A DNA stretch of 64,000 nucleotides from an uncultured virus (IMG/VR IMGVR_UViG_3300006120_000016) (Duplodnaviria; Heunggongvirae; Uroviricota; Caudoviricetes). The notes below the pieces were generated by a model, which was given only the letters and a program-made list of their open reading frames with translations, was not told where the DNA came from and did not search any database. Position numbers and translations under genes: made by a program. Numbering within the stretch: position 1 is the stretch's first letter; every line of letters starts with the position of its first letter. This document shows positions 9,634 through 17,645 of this stretch, piece by piece. The DNA is taken from IMG/VR virus record IMGVR_UViG_3300006120_000016; one strand, written 5' to 3'.

Positions 9634-11627
9634 TGGCTGGAAGAAAAATATATATTGTATCATTTCCGGGACAAAAACCAGAACGTTATGTTAAAGACAT
9701 AAATGGTGACTGGTGGACTTTATCTGAAAAAAATACACCGAAACCGGCTGATAAAAAATTATATAACTTTATAAATGCGGTAGCTAAAGCGCAAGATGCA
9801 GAAGATGCCAAAGAGGCTGAAGAATCATCTGAAAAAGTAAGTCCGCTATCATCTGCTATGCTTGATGTCGGTGATCAAGAATCCTTGCAACCTGAAGATA
9901 AATTAGAAACACCGACCAAACCAGAGTTAACTAAACAACCATTAATAGATCCTGTAAAATTATTAGAACCTCCTCCATGGCCAAGAGGCGGTAATTGGCC
10001 AAATCCTAAAGAAGAATCTGTAGAACAGAAACCAAGACCTCCGTTACCAAAGGCACCAGAGCCAAATCCTAATCCAACCTTTAATAAGATTGATGATTGG
10101 AATTTGCCATTCACAGATGAATATAATAAAAAGGCCAAAGAAAAACTAAATGCTGCTGCCAAATATACTAGAGAAGAAATTATTCCCGGTAGCAACACTA
10201 ATAAGTTTATTCTAAACCCTCTTAAGAAGCTAAAAGAAAGGTTTGGTCCTAAAGATCCATGGAGAGAATCTCTAGATAAGTTATCTGATTTAGATGAAAA
10301 AGAAATCGATATTCTAAAATCTAGAGGGGTTGCAAAGGCGTCTGAAAAGGATTTCTCTTATCGTAAAGAGGGGAAGCCACTTTCTAAAGAACAAATACTT
10401 AAAGAACTACAGACTCATTATGGTGCGGTGACATGGAGAGATTCTCTAGATAAAATGTCAGATCTTGATGAAAATGAAATAAAGGCTCTAAAAGAACGTG
10501 GAATTGCTCCTTCGTCTGAAAAGGATTTCTCTTATCGTAAAGAGGGGAAGCCACTTTCTAAAGAACAAATTGTTTCTGAGTTACAAGAACATTATACAAA
10601 TAGAGAAGAAGAATTATCTGGAAACAAAGATGTTACTAAAGAAACTTCTGATGGATTTGGTAAAAGATTGAGTGAAACTCGTGGATCTTCTTTTGGAAAT
10701 TATGGAGGCCGAAAGCCAACTTTTGCAGAAAGATTGCAAGAAGAAAGGGCTAGACCTTTTGGATATGATAAGTTTGACTATGGCAGGGGAGGAAAGTCTG
10801 ATAAAGGTGGTAGTACTACTGGAACAGATAGAGTTGGTTCGGATGAAGATCATCTAAAATCAATAGACAAAACTGCAAAAGCCATTCTATTTGTTCTTAC
10901 CAAGAAGGACAAACAAAAAGGCATAGACAAAGAAAATAAAGAAACTGAAGATCAACTAAATGAGGATTTAGAGAAAGAAGGCGATGAACCAACTTCTAAC
11001 ACACAAAGAGTTTATGAGACTTTTAAAAAAGGCAAAAAATCTTTTAATAAGATGAAAGAGAGATTCAGTAAAAATAAACCTGATGTTGAAGATGTAGAGA
11101 AAGAGGGAATAGATGGGGTCAAGCCTTTAGAAGAAGGTGCAGGGAAGGTATTGCCAGAAGCCGCAAAGGGCGCAGCGGTTGCAGAAGGTGATGGAGTTGC
11201 AGAAGGTGTTATTGGTGCAGGAGTAGGAGAAGCAGAAGGTGTTATTGGTGCAGGAGTAGGAGAATTTGCTCTGGATGCTGCTGCTATTGGTGCAGTTGGA
11301 TATGGTGCATATAAAGCAGCAAACTATCTAACCACGCCAGTGCCATCATATAAAGAGGCATATAAACAAAAATATGGACACGAACCAAATGCCACACCAG
11401 AAAAGAAACCACCATTAAATGAACAAACAAAATCCGTTGATGAACTTCAGAATAAAAAAGATGATGTTCAGGAAGAAAAGTCCAAAAAGAATAATCAAGG
11501 ATCTCCGACGATTATAAATAACAATAATACTACACATCAGGGTTCGTCTGGTGGTGGAGGTAGTTTTGGGGATATGGCTACTGCTGGACCTAGAAATAGC
11601 CTAGATTTGCAATATTATGCCGCCTGA
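9633..11627 (+). CDS. tape-measure/gp29-position protein, charged and low complexity, with internal repeats
   Basis: Follows gp26/gp51. Has a 58-aa internal duplication and a C-terminal TIINNNNTT motif. Function is inferred from position only. Confidence 0.5.
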   Translation: MAGRKIYIVSFPGQKPERYVKDINGDWWTLSEKNTPKPADKKLYNFINAVAKAQDAEDAKEAEESSEKVSPLSSAMLDVGDQESLQPEDKLETPTKPELTKQPLIDPVKLLEPPPWPRGGNWPNPKEESVEQKPRPPLPKAPEPNPNPTFNKIDDWNLPFTDEYNKKAKEKLNAAAKYTREEIIPGSNTNKFILNPLKKLKERFGPKDPWRESLDKLSDLDEKEIDILKSRGVAKASEKDFSYRKEGKPLSKEQILKELQTHYGAVTWRDSLDKMSDLDENEIKALKERGIAPSSEKDFSYRKEGKPLSKEQIVSELQEHYTNREEELSGNKDVTKETSDGFGKRLSETRGSSFGNYGGRKPTFAERLQEERARPFGYDKFDYGRGGKSDKGGSTTGTDRVGSDEDHLKSIDKTAKAILFVLTKKDKQKGIDKENKETEDQLNEDLEKEGDEPTSNTQRVYETFKKGKKSFNKMKERFSKNKPDVEDVEKEGIDGVKPLEEGAGKVLPEAAKGAAVAEGDGVAEGVIGAGVGEAEGVIGAGVGEFALDAAAIGAVGYGAYKAANYLTTPVPSYKEAYKQKYGHEPNATPEKKPPLNEQTKSVDELQNKKDDVQEEKSKKNNQGSPTIINNNNTTHQGSSGGGGSFGDMATAGPRNSLDLQYYAA

Positions 11628-11636
11628 GGAATTATC

Positions 11637-11906
11637 ATGATAAACGTCCAAATAGCAATTCAATATATTGGTAAAGTAATGCAAGATGATGATGGAACTC
11701 CTTCATCTAAAAGATGGGTTGCTCTACTGTCATTTTTGATGATTACTATTACTTGGGGAGTAAATCTATTTGGAAATTATGTTCCGACAGAATTTATTTT
11801 TGATGCGTTAGTTTATATTACTTTAGGATGTCTGGGAATAACTGGTATTGAGAAGTTTTCCAGTCATTTGAAATCCCCACAGGCAGATTCTACTGACGAT
11901 AAATAA
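11637..11906 (+). CDS. small two-TM membrane protein (holin-like candidate)
   Basis: SSKRW followed by two hydrophobic helices and GITGIEKF; GAGGA RBS. Confidence 0.55.
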   Translation: MINVQIAIQYIGKVMQDDDGTPSSKRWVALLSFLMITITWGVNLFGNYVPTEFIFDALVYITLGCLGITGIEKFSSHLKSPQADSTDDK

Positions 11907-11960
11907 AAGTATGGGAGAGTCTAGATAAGGCTGCGAAGATAGTCAGTCTAGATAAGACTT

Positions 11961-11990
11961 GAGGGGGAGTTTTTGCTCCCCCTCTTTTTT
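11961..11990 (+). terminator. intrinsic terminator between convergent operons
   Basis: GAGGGGGAG-TTTTTG-CTCCCCCTC followed by TTTTTT. Confidence 0.85.
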
Positions 11991-11991
11991 A

Positions 11992-12159
11992 TTAGTCTGT
12001 AAGAAACTGTGGCCCTTGACCACTAATCCATTGATGCTTTGCAAATTCTGCTAAAGACTCATCATGATATTCCTTAGTATATACTACCCGATTATCTTCA
12101 AGCAATGTTACAATATAAGCACCTTGCTTAACATCATATCGCCAATTAGCATTTCTCAT
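11992..12159 (-). CDS. hypothetical 55-aa protein (not in the ORF track)
   Basis: Hand translation MRNANWRYDVKQGAYIVTLLEDNRVVYTKEYHDESLAEFAKHQWISGQGPQFLTD. Starts 1 nt after the gapR stop. Confidence 0.6.
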   Translation of the reverse strand: MRNANWRYDVKQGAYIVTLLEDNRVVYTKEYHDESLAEFAKHQWISGQGPQFLTD

Positions 12160-12160
12160 A

Positions 12161-12397
12161 TTAGACTCCTACTGCTGTTCGATAAAGGTCAAGCATCGAA
12201 TCTTCATGATCACGAGTATCCTTGTCCTTCTTTCTAAGGCGAATGATCTGTCGAAGAGTCTTCACATCAAATCCTACTGCCTTGGCTTCCGAATAAACGT
12301 CCTTGCGATCATTCTTGATGCCATCGAGTTCTTCTTCAATTCGTTCAATTCGTTCAATATATTGCTTAAGCTGAGTTGCTTCAATCGTATCTGTCAT
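12161..12397 (-). CDS. gapR: GapR/DUF2312 nucleoid-associated DNA-binding protein (78 aa)
   Basis: QLKQYIERIERIEEE...KDVYSEAKAVGFDVKTLRQIIRLRK...LDLY..A.G. True start MTDTIE with an AGGAG RBS at 12406-12410. Confidence 0.9.
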   Translation of the reverse strand: MTDTIEATQLKQYIERIERIEEELDGIKNDRKDVYSEAKAVGFDVKTLRQIIRLRKKDKDTRDHEDSMLDLYRTAVGV

Positions 12398-12415
12398 AAT
12401 ATAAACTCCTAATAA

Positions 12416-12505
12416 TGGAGGATGGGGTGGGATTCGAACCCACGGAACCCTTTCAAGTTCACTGGTTTTCAAGACCAGATCATTAAACCGCTCTGACACC
12501 CATCC
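12416..12505 (-). tRNA. tRNA-Ser (anticodon TGA), CCA encoded
   Basis: Acceptor GGATGGG/CCCATCC, anticodon arm CTGGT-CTTGAAA-ACCAG, long variable arm, T-arm GTGGG-TTCGAAT-CCCAC, 3' TCCA. Confidence 0.95.
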
Positions 12506-13265
12506 AATTTGTGGAACCCTTATATCACATCTTCGAAAAAAGTAAAAGAATTAATTGCCGATTTTGGCAATCCTGATATAATTCAAGTACGCAGAATATT
12601 CACCTCAGTTACAGATTCTAGAATTTGGAAAAACAAAGTTCAGAGAAGATTGAAAGTTATATCATCACCCAAATGGATTAATGATAGTTATGGTTTCGGT
12701 CCCAAAAATTTGAATAATTTGATATCAGCTAAAAGTGTTTCTACTGGAAACTCTGGCTTAGTCACTAAAGAAGAATTTGTTTCCAATCCAGATTTAGTTG
12801 GCGTAATGAAGGGAAGAAAGAATCCAAAATTATCTGAACATAGAAAAGGCAATTCTATAACTAAAGGTTATACTAACGAATATCGCTTAGAGAATAATAT
12901 GAAACCAATTACAGGTAGACCCAAAGGAGTCAAATCATCAGATCAAGGAAGACTTAATAGAAGTCTTGCGACTAAGGGTAAAGCTAGAGTTAAAAATATA
13001 GAAACAGATAAAATCTTCTATACTGAAAAAAATAATCCAGAAATTGGTTTATCACTAATTCTTTATCCCACAAATAAAAAAAGGATCTAGGGGTCACCCA
13101 CAATCTGATACCACAAAAGAAAAACTAAAAATATCTACTCAGAATAGACCAATCCATTATTGTGAAATTTGTGATGTAAACATAAAGGGAAATTCAAGTT
13201 GGGTTCGACATATAAAATCATTAAAACACTTCAATAATATCGAACCCAACAAGAAAGAAGATTAA
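12497..13265 (+). pseudogene. decayed free-standing homing endonuclease (GIY-YIG-like C-half, NUMOD3-like and C2H2 zinc-finger modules)
   Basis: HPSNLWNPYITSSKKVKELI...RIW..KV.RRL lacks an N-terminus and RBS. A frameshift at the A7 run (13076-13082) continues as GHPQSDTTKEKL...YCEICD...WVRHIKSLKH. Orientation is opposite to its neighbours. Confidence 0.65.
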
Positions 13266-14215
13266 TCTTCTTCAGCTAGGCGACGAAAAAAGCTAAGATC
13301 TGAATCGTCTTCTTCATCATTCTTTACCGATGATGCCTTAGTACCAAACTGATCCCAAGGAATATCGTCCTCATCAAGATCAGTCTTAATAGAGCGCGGC
13401 TCTGGAGCACGAGCAATCGGGTCAGGCTCATAAGTATTACGAGTGGGGCCATCAAGTTCTAGAACCATATTGAGACGCTTCTGAAGCTGCTCATAGGTCT
13501 TAAAGTTTGATGGATCGATTACTGCCTTAAGAGAATGAGTGCTCTTCAAAAGGGTCTCTAGATAATCATCATCATCACTGATTGCCTTAGGAGCACCAAA
13601 GCTAGACTTATCATAGTTTGGATATCCTTCAACCTTACGCTGGCGAAGATAAAAATCTGCACCGTTCCACATGTTGAATGGATCGATTGGAATGGTTTCA
13701 CCAATACCATCATCAACTGGATTTGTAAGCTCACTCAACATATTAAAGATCTTCTTGCCATAACGATATAGTAAAACCTTACCGTTATTCTCTGGATTAC
13801 CAGTATCCTTAATAACTAGAATATTAGAAACAAAATGTTCCTTGCGCTTCTGCTTACGAGCCTGCTTACGCTGTGGAGAATCATCATTATCAGATTCTCT
13901 CCAAAGACGGCTATTATATTCTCCGCAAGGATCCTTTTGACCTAGAGTTGATAGAGAATTTTCAATGTACCACTTTCCAGAGGGACCCTGAAAACCATGG
14001 TTCCAATATCGAACAAAGGGTATATCTTCGTCTTCGGGTGCGGGGAGGAAACGAATGATTGCAGAGCCATTTCCCTGTGCATCCACAGTTAGCTTCCAAT
14101 AATTACCATCGTCCTTATTATTCGAATCTCCTGCAGAATTAATCTTCTTAACCTGTTCGATTAGCTTATTGATTGAATCCTGACTTGATGCTTTTAGTTT
14201 AGAAAAATCTACCAT
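13262..14215 (-). CDS. gp32: single-stranded DNA-binding protein gp32
   Basis: GNGSAIIRFLPAP...HGFQGPSGKWYIENSLSTLG..DP...YGKKIF...NYDKSSF, with an acidic tail. Confidence 0.96.
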   Translation of the reverse strand: MVDFSKLKASSQDSINKLIEQVKKINSAGDSNNKDDGNYWKLTVDAQGNGSAIIRFLPAPEDEDIPFVRYWNHGFQGPSGKWYIENSLSTLGQKDPCGEYNSRLWRESDNDDSPQRKQARKQKRKEHFVSNILVIKDTGNPENNGKVLLYRYGKKIFNMLSELTNPVDDGIGETIPIDPFNMWNGADFYLRQRKVEGYPNYDKSSFGAPKAISDDDDYLETLLKSTHSLKAVIDPSNFKTYEQLQKRLNMVLELDGPTRNTYEPDPIARAPEPRSIKTDLDEDDIPWDQFGTKASSVKNDEEDDSDLSFFRRLAEED

Positions 14216-14292
14216 ATTATATTTCCTTTTTATGTTTAATAGTGTGTCTTAGTGTGTTTCAAATTGTTTCACTTAATCATAATAACTTCTTA

Positions 14293-14321
14293 CTTATATC
14301 ACATATTGTCGGTGATGTCAA
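14293..14321 (-). promoter_or_regulatory. sigma70-type promoter for gp32
   Basis: TTGACA-17 nt-TATAAG on the minus strand. Confidence 0.7.
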
Positions 14322-14902
14322 GTCTCCTTATAATTTCTATTGATTAGGAAGAGTGACTGTTCTCTCATGTATCGTTCTAACATTGTAGATACCTTTCTAA
14401 TTTCATTAGTGGCGTCAACATCGAATGTATAACCAAAGGCATTTAATGTATGAACCCAATATTCAATTGGCTGGCAATTCACATGATTATGGCCGGGTTG
14501 GTTAGGTAATGCATGAGTCATAAGAACATACTTACAATTGTCCCATGTTGAAATAAAGTTCCTCATGTATTGTTCATCAACATGCTCAACAAATTCACAT
14601 GTATATGCCAGATCATAATTCTTATCTAGAATATATGGCCCTGTTGTATAATCATGGATAATAATGTCGTTAAATTCTCTATCAACAACAAAGTCTCCAT
14701 CAATTCCAATCGCATCTAGTCCCTTAGACCTTGCCATTTGAACCATGCCACCTAGACCACAACCGACATCTACCATGGACTTAATATTATATTTTTGAAT
14801 CAGAAAGTCTAGTCCACCTTCTTCATAATGCTGCATAGACTCATGTCCGCCAAGATGTAAGGGAAGTCCACCTTCACCAGTAATATTCAGTTTAAATGTC
14901 AT
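14318..14902 (-). CDS. class I SAM-dependent methyltransferase
   Basis: SMVDVGCGLG motif I, GIDG, YDLAYTCEFVEHVDE, QPGHNHVNCQ. Confidence 0.85.
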   Translation of the reverse strand: MTFKLNITGEGGLPLHLGGHESMQHYEEGGLDFLIQKYNIKSMVDVGCGLGGMVQMARSKGLDAIGIDGDFVVDREFNDIIIHDYTTGPYILDKNYDLAYTCEFVEHVDEQYMRNFISTWDNCKYVLMTHALPNQPGHNHVNCQPIEYWVHTLNAFGYTFDVDATNEIRKVSTMLERYMREQSLFLINRNYKET

Positions 14903-15473
14903 AAACCCATTTCTCCTTCATAATATTTCTCATAACATCTTTGTCAAATCTGACAAAGGGTTTGTATTTTTTAATTTTTCTTGCATATTCTGGATATACT
15001 ATAGTATCCTTTATATTATTATCCCAATATGGAAAAAAGTCTAGAATAGAATCTAATATAACTATAGTCTCTGCAGATACAATATTGCACATGTACAAAT
15101 CAAGTAATTTAGGATATCCTCCCTTAACTTTAATACATGTGTCTAAATCATATTCTATATTATCTAATTCATTACGGAAATTATACGCCAATGCATTTTT
15201 TCTGCCATACCATTCCAAATAAATCTTATTATAGGAATCTTCATCAACCAAATTACCTATCCACGTTTCAGTATCTCTGATAAAATTTGCAATTAAAAAT
15301 CCTTTTGGATCTTTCTTGTTTGCTAATTTTGAAAAGCTATATTTGTCGTTTCTAGTTTCAAATGATTCTTTAGAGACTTTAAGTTTACCATTATATTGGA
15401 TAAAATCATATTTGTCTGTGGTAAAGTGTCTTTTCAAAGCAAGGTATAACACATATGCTTGATATGGTGTCAT
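14892..15473 (-). CDS. gp59: helicase loader gp59
   Basis: YLALKRHFT..KYDF..YNGK......F..RNDKY.F.KLA...ET..ILD...KKYKPF. Confidence 0.9.
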   Translation of the reverse strand: MTPYQAYVLYLALKRHFTTDKYDFIQYNGKLKVSKESFETRNDKYSFSKLANKKDPKGFLIANFIRDTETWIGNLVDEDSYNKIYLEWYGRKNALAYNFRNELDNIEYDLDTCIKVKGGYPKLLDLYMCNIVSAETIVILDSILDFFPYWDNNIKDTIVYPEYARKIKKYKPFVRFDKDVMRNIMKEKWVYDI

Positions 15474-15688
15474 ACAGGAAGATGGCTGGTCTTTGGAAGA
15501 TAATTAAGGCTCTCCGCTTCAAGTTGAATAGACCCCTTGAGATTTTGATTACTCTTGATTGCTTTGCCGAGAGCCTCAATATCGACATTATTATCTTCGC
15601 AATATAAAACAATAGCATCAATCATTGATATATCATGTTTCCATACTAGATCTTCAATCGCGTCCAAAACTTCAAATGAAACTTCCAT
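15470..15688 (-). CDS. gp33: late-promoter co-activator gp33
   Basis: IEDLV....SMIDAIV.YCE.N.VDIE.......LK..IQLEA..LNYLPKT. Confidence 0.85.
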   Translation of the reverse strand: MEVSFEVLDAIEDLVWKHDISMIDAIVLYCEDNNVDIEALGKAIKSNQNLKGSIQLEAESLNYLPKTSHLPV

Positions 15689-15690
15689 GA

Positions 15691-16134
15691 TTATCCCTTA
15701 TAAAATATATGACCCGCAATTTGGGCAACTTTCTTGTAATGCCATGGGTTCTTTATGTATGTGGCATGATAAAATAAAGCCCCATTAGACACATCAACAT
15801 CCTTACCATAATACACATTACGAGCAATGTCAATAGATTCTGCATATACTTCAGGGTATTTAATTTTACCTCTAGTTCTCATCCATGAGAACTGGTAACT
15901 TTTGCCGATTTTCTGTCCAACTACTGCACATGGAGTAGATCCAAATCGATTGGGTTGTTTTGTTCTATTCATTACTACTTGAGCTACCGCAATCTTACCT
16001 TTTGTTGGCTGGTTGGCTGCTTCATAATAAATGTTATCTGCCAGACATTTAACTTGTTTATCTAGTGTTTCTGCTCTGGCAACTGAAACAAACACTAAAC
16101 TTAAAATAAAACCAATTACTGCTTTCCTAAGCAT
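15691..16134 (-). CDS. cell-wall hydrolase (Hydrolase_2/SleB-like) with N-terminal signal/anchor
   Basis: CLADNIYYEA.NQ...GKIAVAQVVMNR...QFSW...GALFYHA.Y..P.W.....I.GHIFY. Likely start is MLRKAV at 16134 rather than 16164. Confidence 0.9.
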   Translation of the reverse strand: MLRKAVIGFILSLVFVSVARAETLDKQVKCLADNIYYEAANQPTKGKIAVAQVVMNRTKQPNRFGSTPCAVVGQKIGKSYQFSWMRTRGKIKYPEVYAESIDIARNVYYGKDVDVSNGALFYHATYIKNPWHYKKVAQIAGHIFYKG

Positions 16135-16224
16135 AACTCTTCTCTTGATGTAACGAAAGCCCAATTCAGAAGACTATAATAGCATATCTCAATGCATATC
16201 ATCTGAATCAATATGAGAAGATAA

Positions 16225-16366
16225 ACGAGGTATCTTCAACATCCATTCTCCTCCTACTGAGAATGCCTTAATCGTTATTGTTTCGTCGGTGATACCTAAG
16301 TATCGCTCTCTAGCCATAACAGACCTGAAGCTTTTGTAGAAGTCAAAAGGGTTAACTAGCCCTCGC
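16225..16366 (-). ncRNA. structured 5' leader with a glycine-riboswitch-like core
   Basis: Closing stem GCGAGG/CCTCGT. Hairpins CTTTTG/CAAAAG, GATAC/GTATC and CATTCTC/GAGAATG. Core AGAGAG-stem-ACCGACGAAACAA...TTCTCAG. CATAAATA lies just upstream (16373-16380). Confidence 0.55.
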
Positions 16367-16381
16367 ATATTTTATTTATGT

Positions 16382-17221
16382 TTATAAAAACCTAAGAATA
16401 GAATTTTCTGAGATAGAAACCGTTCCATCTTTTCTTGGTCTACCACGTTTTTGTTTGATTGTCAATGGTTCTTTTTGTTGAATTGGTTTGATTCCTGAAG
16501 TTCCTGCTAGTAGCAGAACAATAGCCAAAGGATCAAATACAATCACAATAAAAATAATAACAAACCGAACTGCTTCATCAAAATGATCTGATGCAGACTT
16601 GCCATAGACCATCTCTGCAATATACTTCAGAGGACCCACTTCAGCTTGCCCTTTTTGACTAGCTGCTTTATATGGTAAGAGTTTAACATTGAGCGATTCG
16701 ATTTGTCCAGCCGACTGATAAATCTCATCATTGAGAACTTTACGTTCTCGTTCCTGTTTGTGGCGAATGAAATTAGAATCTTTCGGATCCGCCGCCACAA
16801 CCAAGTTATCGAGAGCATCCAGAGAAGTTTGAGCATTCTTAAGTTTCCTTTGTTCTAGATCGATCTGGTCTTGTAGTGGCTGAATCTGTAGTTGGGATAA
16901 CTGAATGTTATCACTAGTTGCTAGATGCGCTCTGGAGAGATACCCAAAAGTTCCCATTGATGTCAATAAGATCAGAAAAACTGTAGCGACCACTAGATAT
17001 GCTCTAATAAGCTTGGAACATTTGTTCCAGTTGTGTTGAAGCCATGCTGCTGAGACCACCTTACTAAATTCCAGAGCAGATGCCATGATCATCACAGCAA
17101 CGCTGGCCCCAGAGAACAACATTGCCATGCCCGTAATAGAGAAATAAGCAGACACGCAAGATAGGGACAAAGCGGCGACTATAGCCAAATGGCTGCTGGT
17201 AATATTGGATGGTTTAATCAT
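16382..17221 (-). CDS. multi-TM membrane protein with coiled coil and C-terminal AT-hook-like motif
   Basis: AYFSITG...LE.SKVV.A.WL...TSMGTFGYLS...EVGPLKYIA...VFDPLAI; KRGRPRK near the C-terminus. Confidence 0.7.
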   Translation of the reverse strand: MIKPSNITSSHLAIVAALSLSCVSAYFSITGMAMLFSGASVAVMIMASALEFSKVVSAAWLQHNWNKCSKLIRAYLVVATVFLILLTSMGTFGYLSRAHLATSDNIQLSQLQIQPLQDQIDLEQRKLKNAQTSLDALDNLVVAADPKDSNFIRHKQERERKVLNDEIYQSAGQIESLNVKLLPYKAASQKGQAEVGPLKYIAEMVYGKSASDHFDEAVRFVIIFIVIVFDPLAIVLLLAGTSGIKPIQQKEPLTIKQKRGRPRKDGTVSISENSILRFL

Positions 17222-17307
17222 TCTCTACCTATATCAGGCCGACACAGTTTCGTCAATGATAAAATAATCTTCATAATATAAAATCCAAAATCATACTAAA
17301 CTTAGAA

Positions 17308-17386
17308 TAACACTGGTTGGACTCGAACCAACGCTAGGGCAACCATAAAGGATTCGATACCAACTTCTCATTAGGCCAACAGTGTT
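17308..17386 (-). ncRNA. tRNA-like RNA or pseudo-tRNA, anticodon undetermined
   Basis: Perfect 7-bp acceptor AACACTG/CAGTGTT and T-arm GTTGG-TTCGAGT-CCAAC. D and anticodon arms are irregular; no encoded CCA. Confidence 0.6.
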
Positions 17387-17472
17387 AATCAAAGTGGTGG
17401 AATACACTTGCGTCCAGATTTCCCAGAACTATTTCTGGCTGATCAACGCCAGTCCACCCTCGGTTGAATATC

Positions 17473-17643
17473 ATTTACTGGGTACTACCATATCCGTTTA
17501 AGGTCAATCTGTATATCGTAGACCTCCTAGAGTAAACCTTTCATCGGTTGCGCCGAACATCCCATATAATGGCGGTTCTCATCTAGGATGATGACTCCCT
17601 CGGTAGTTAGGGTCTTGCGATCTTCTGCACGGACCCAGTAAAT
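17473..17643 (-). ncRNA. ~170-nt multi-stem structured RNA with predicted pseudoknot
   Basis: 11-bp closing stem ATTTACTGGGT/ACCCAGTAAAT. Nested stems CCGT/ACGG, CCTAGA/TCTAGG, GAACC/GGTTT, AGGTC/GACCT. Loop ACTACC is complementary to GGTAGT. Has its own promoter. Confidence 0.7.
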
Positions 17644-17645
17644 TA

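Noticed and set aside
12398..12499. N-terminal extension of the GapR ORF given in the track
   Set aside because: It is read-through of the tRNA-Ser gene; the true RBS and ATG are at 12410-12395.
16270..16325. Hammerhead ribozyme suggested by GACGAAAC
   Set aside because: There is no CUGANGA core at the required position.
17308..17643. tmRNA, RNase P RNA or 6S RNA
   Set aside because: No G3-U70 alanine acceptor or tag ORF, no GAGGAAAGUCC P4 motif, and the fold is multibranched rather than a 6S-like rod.
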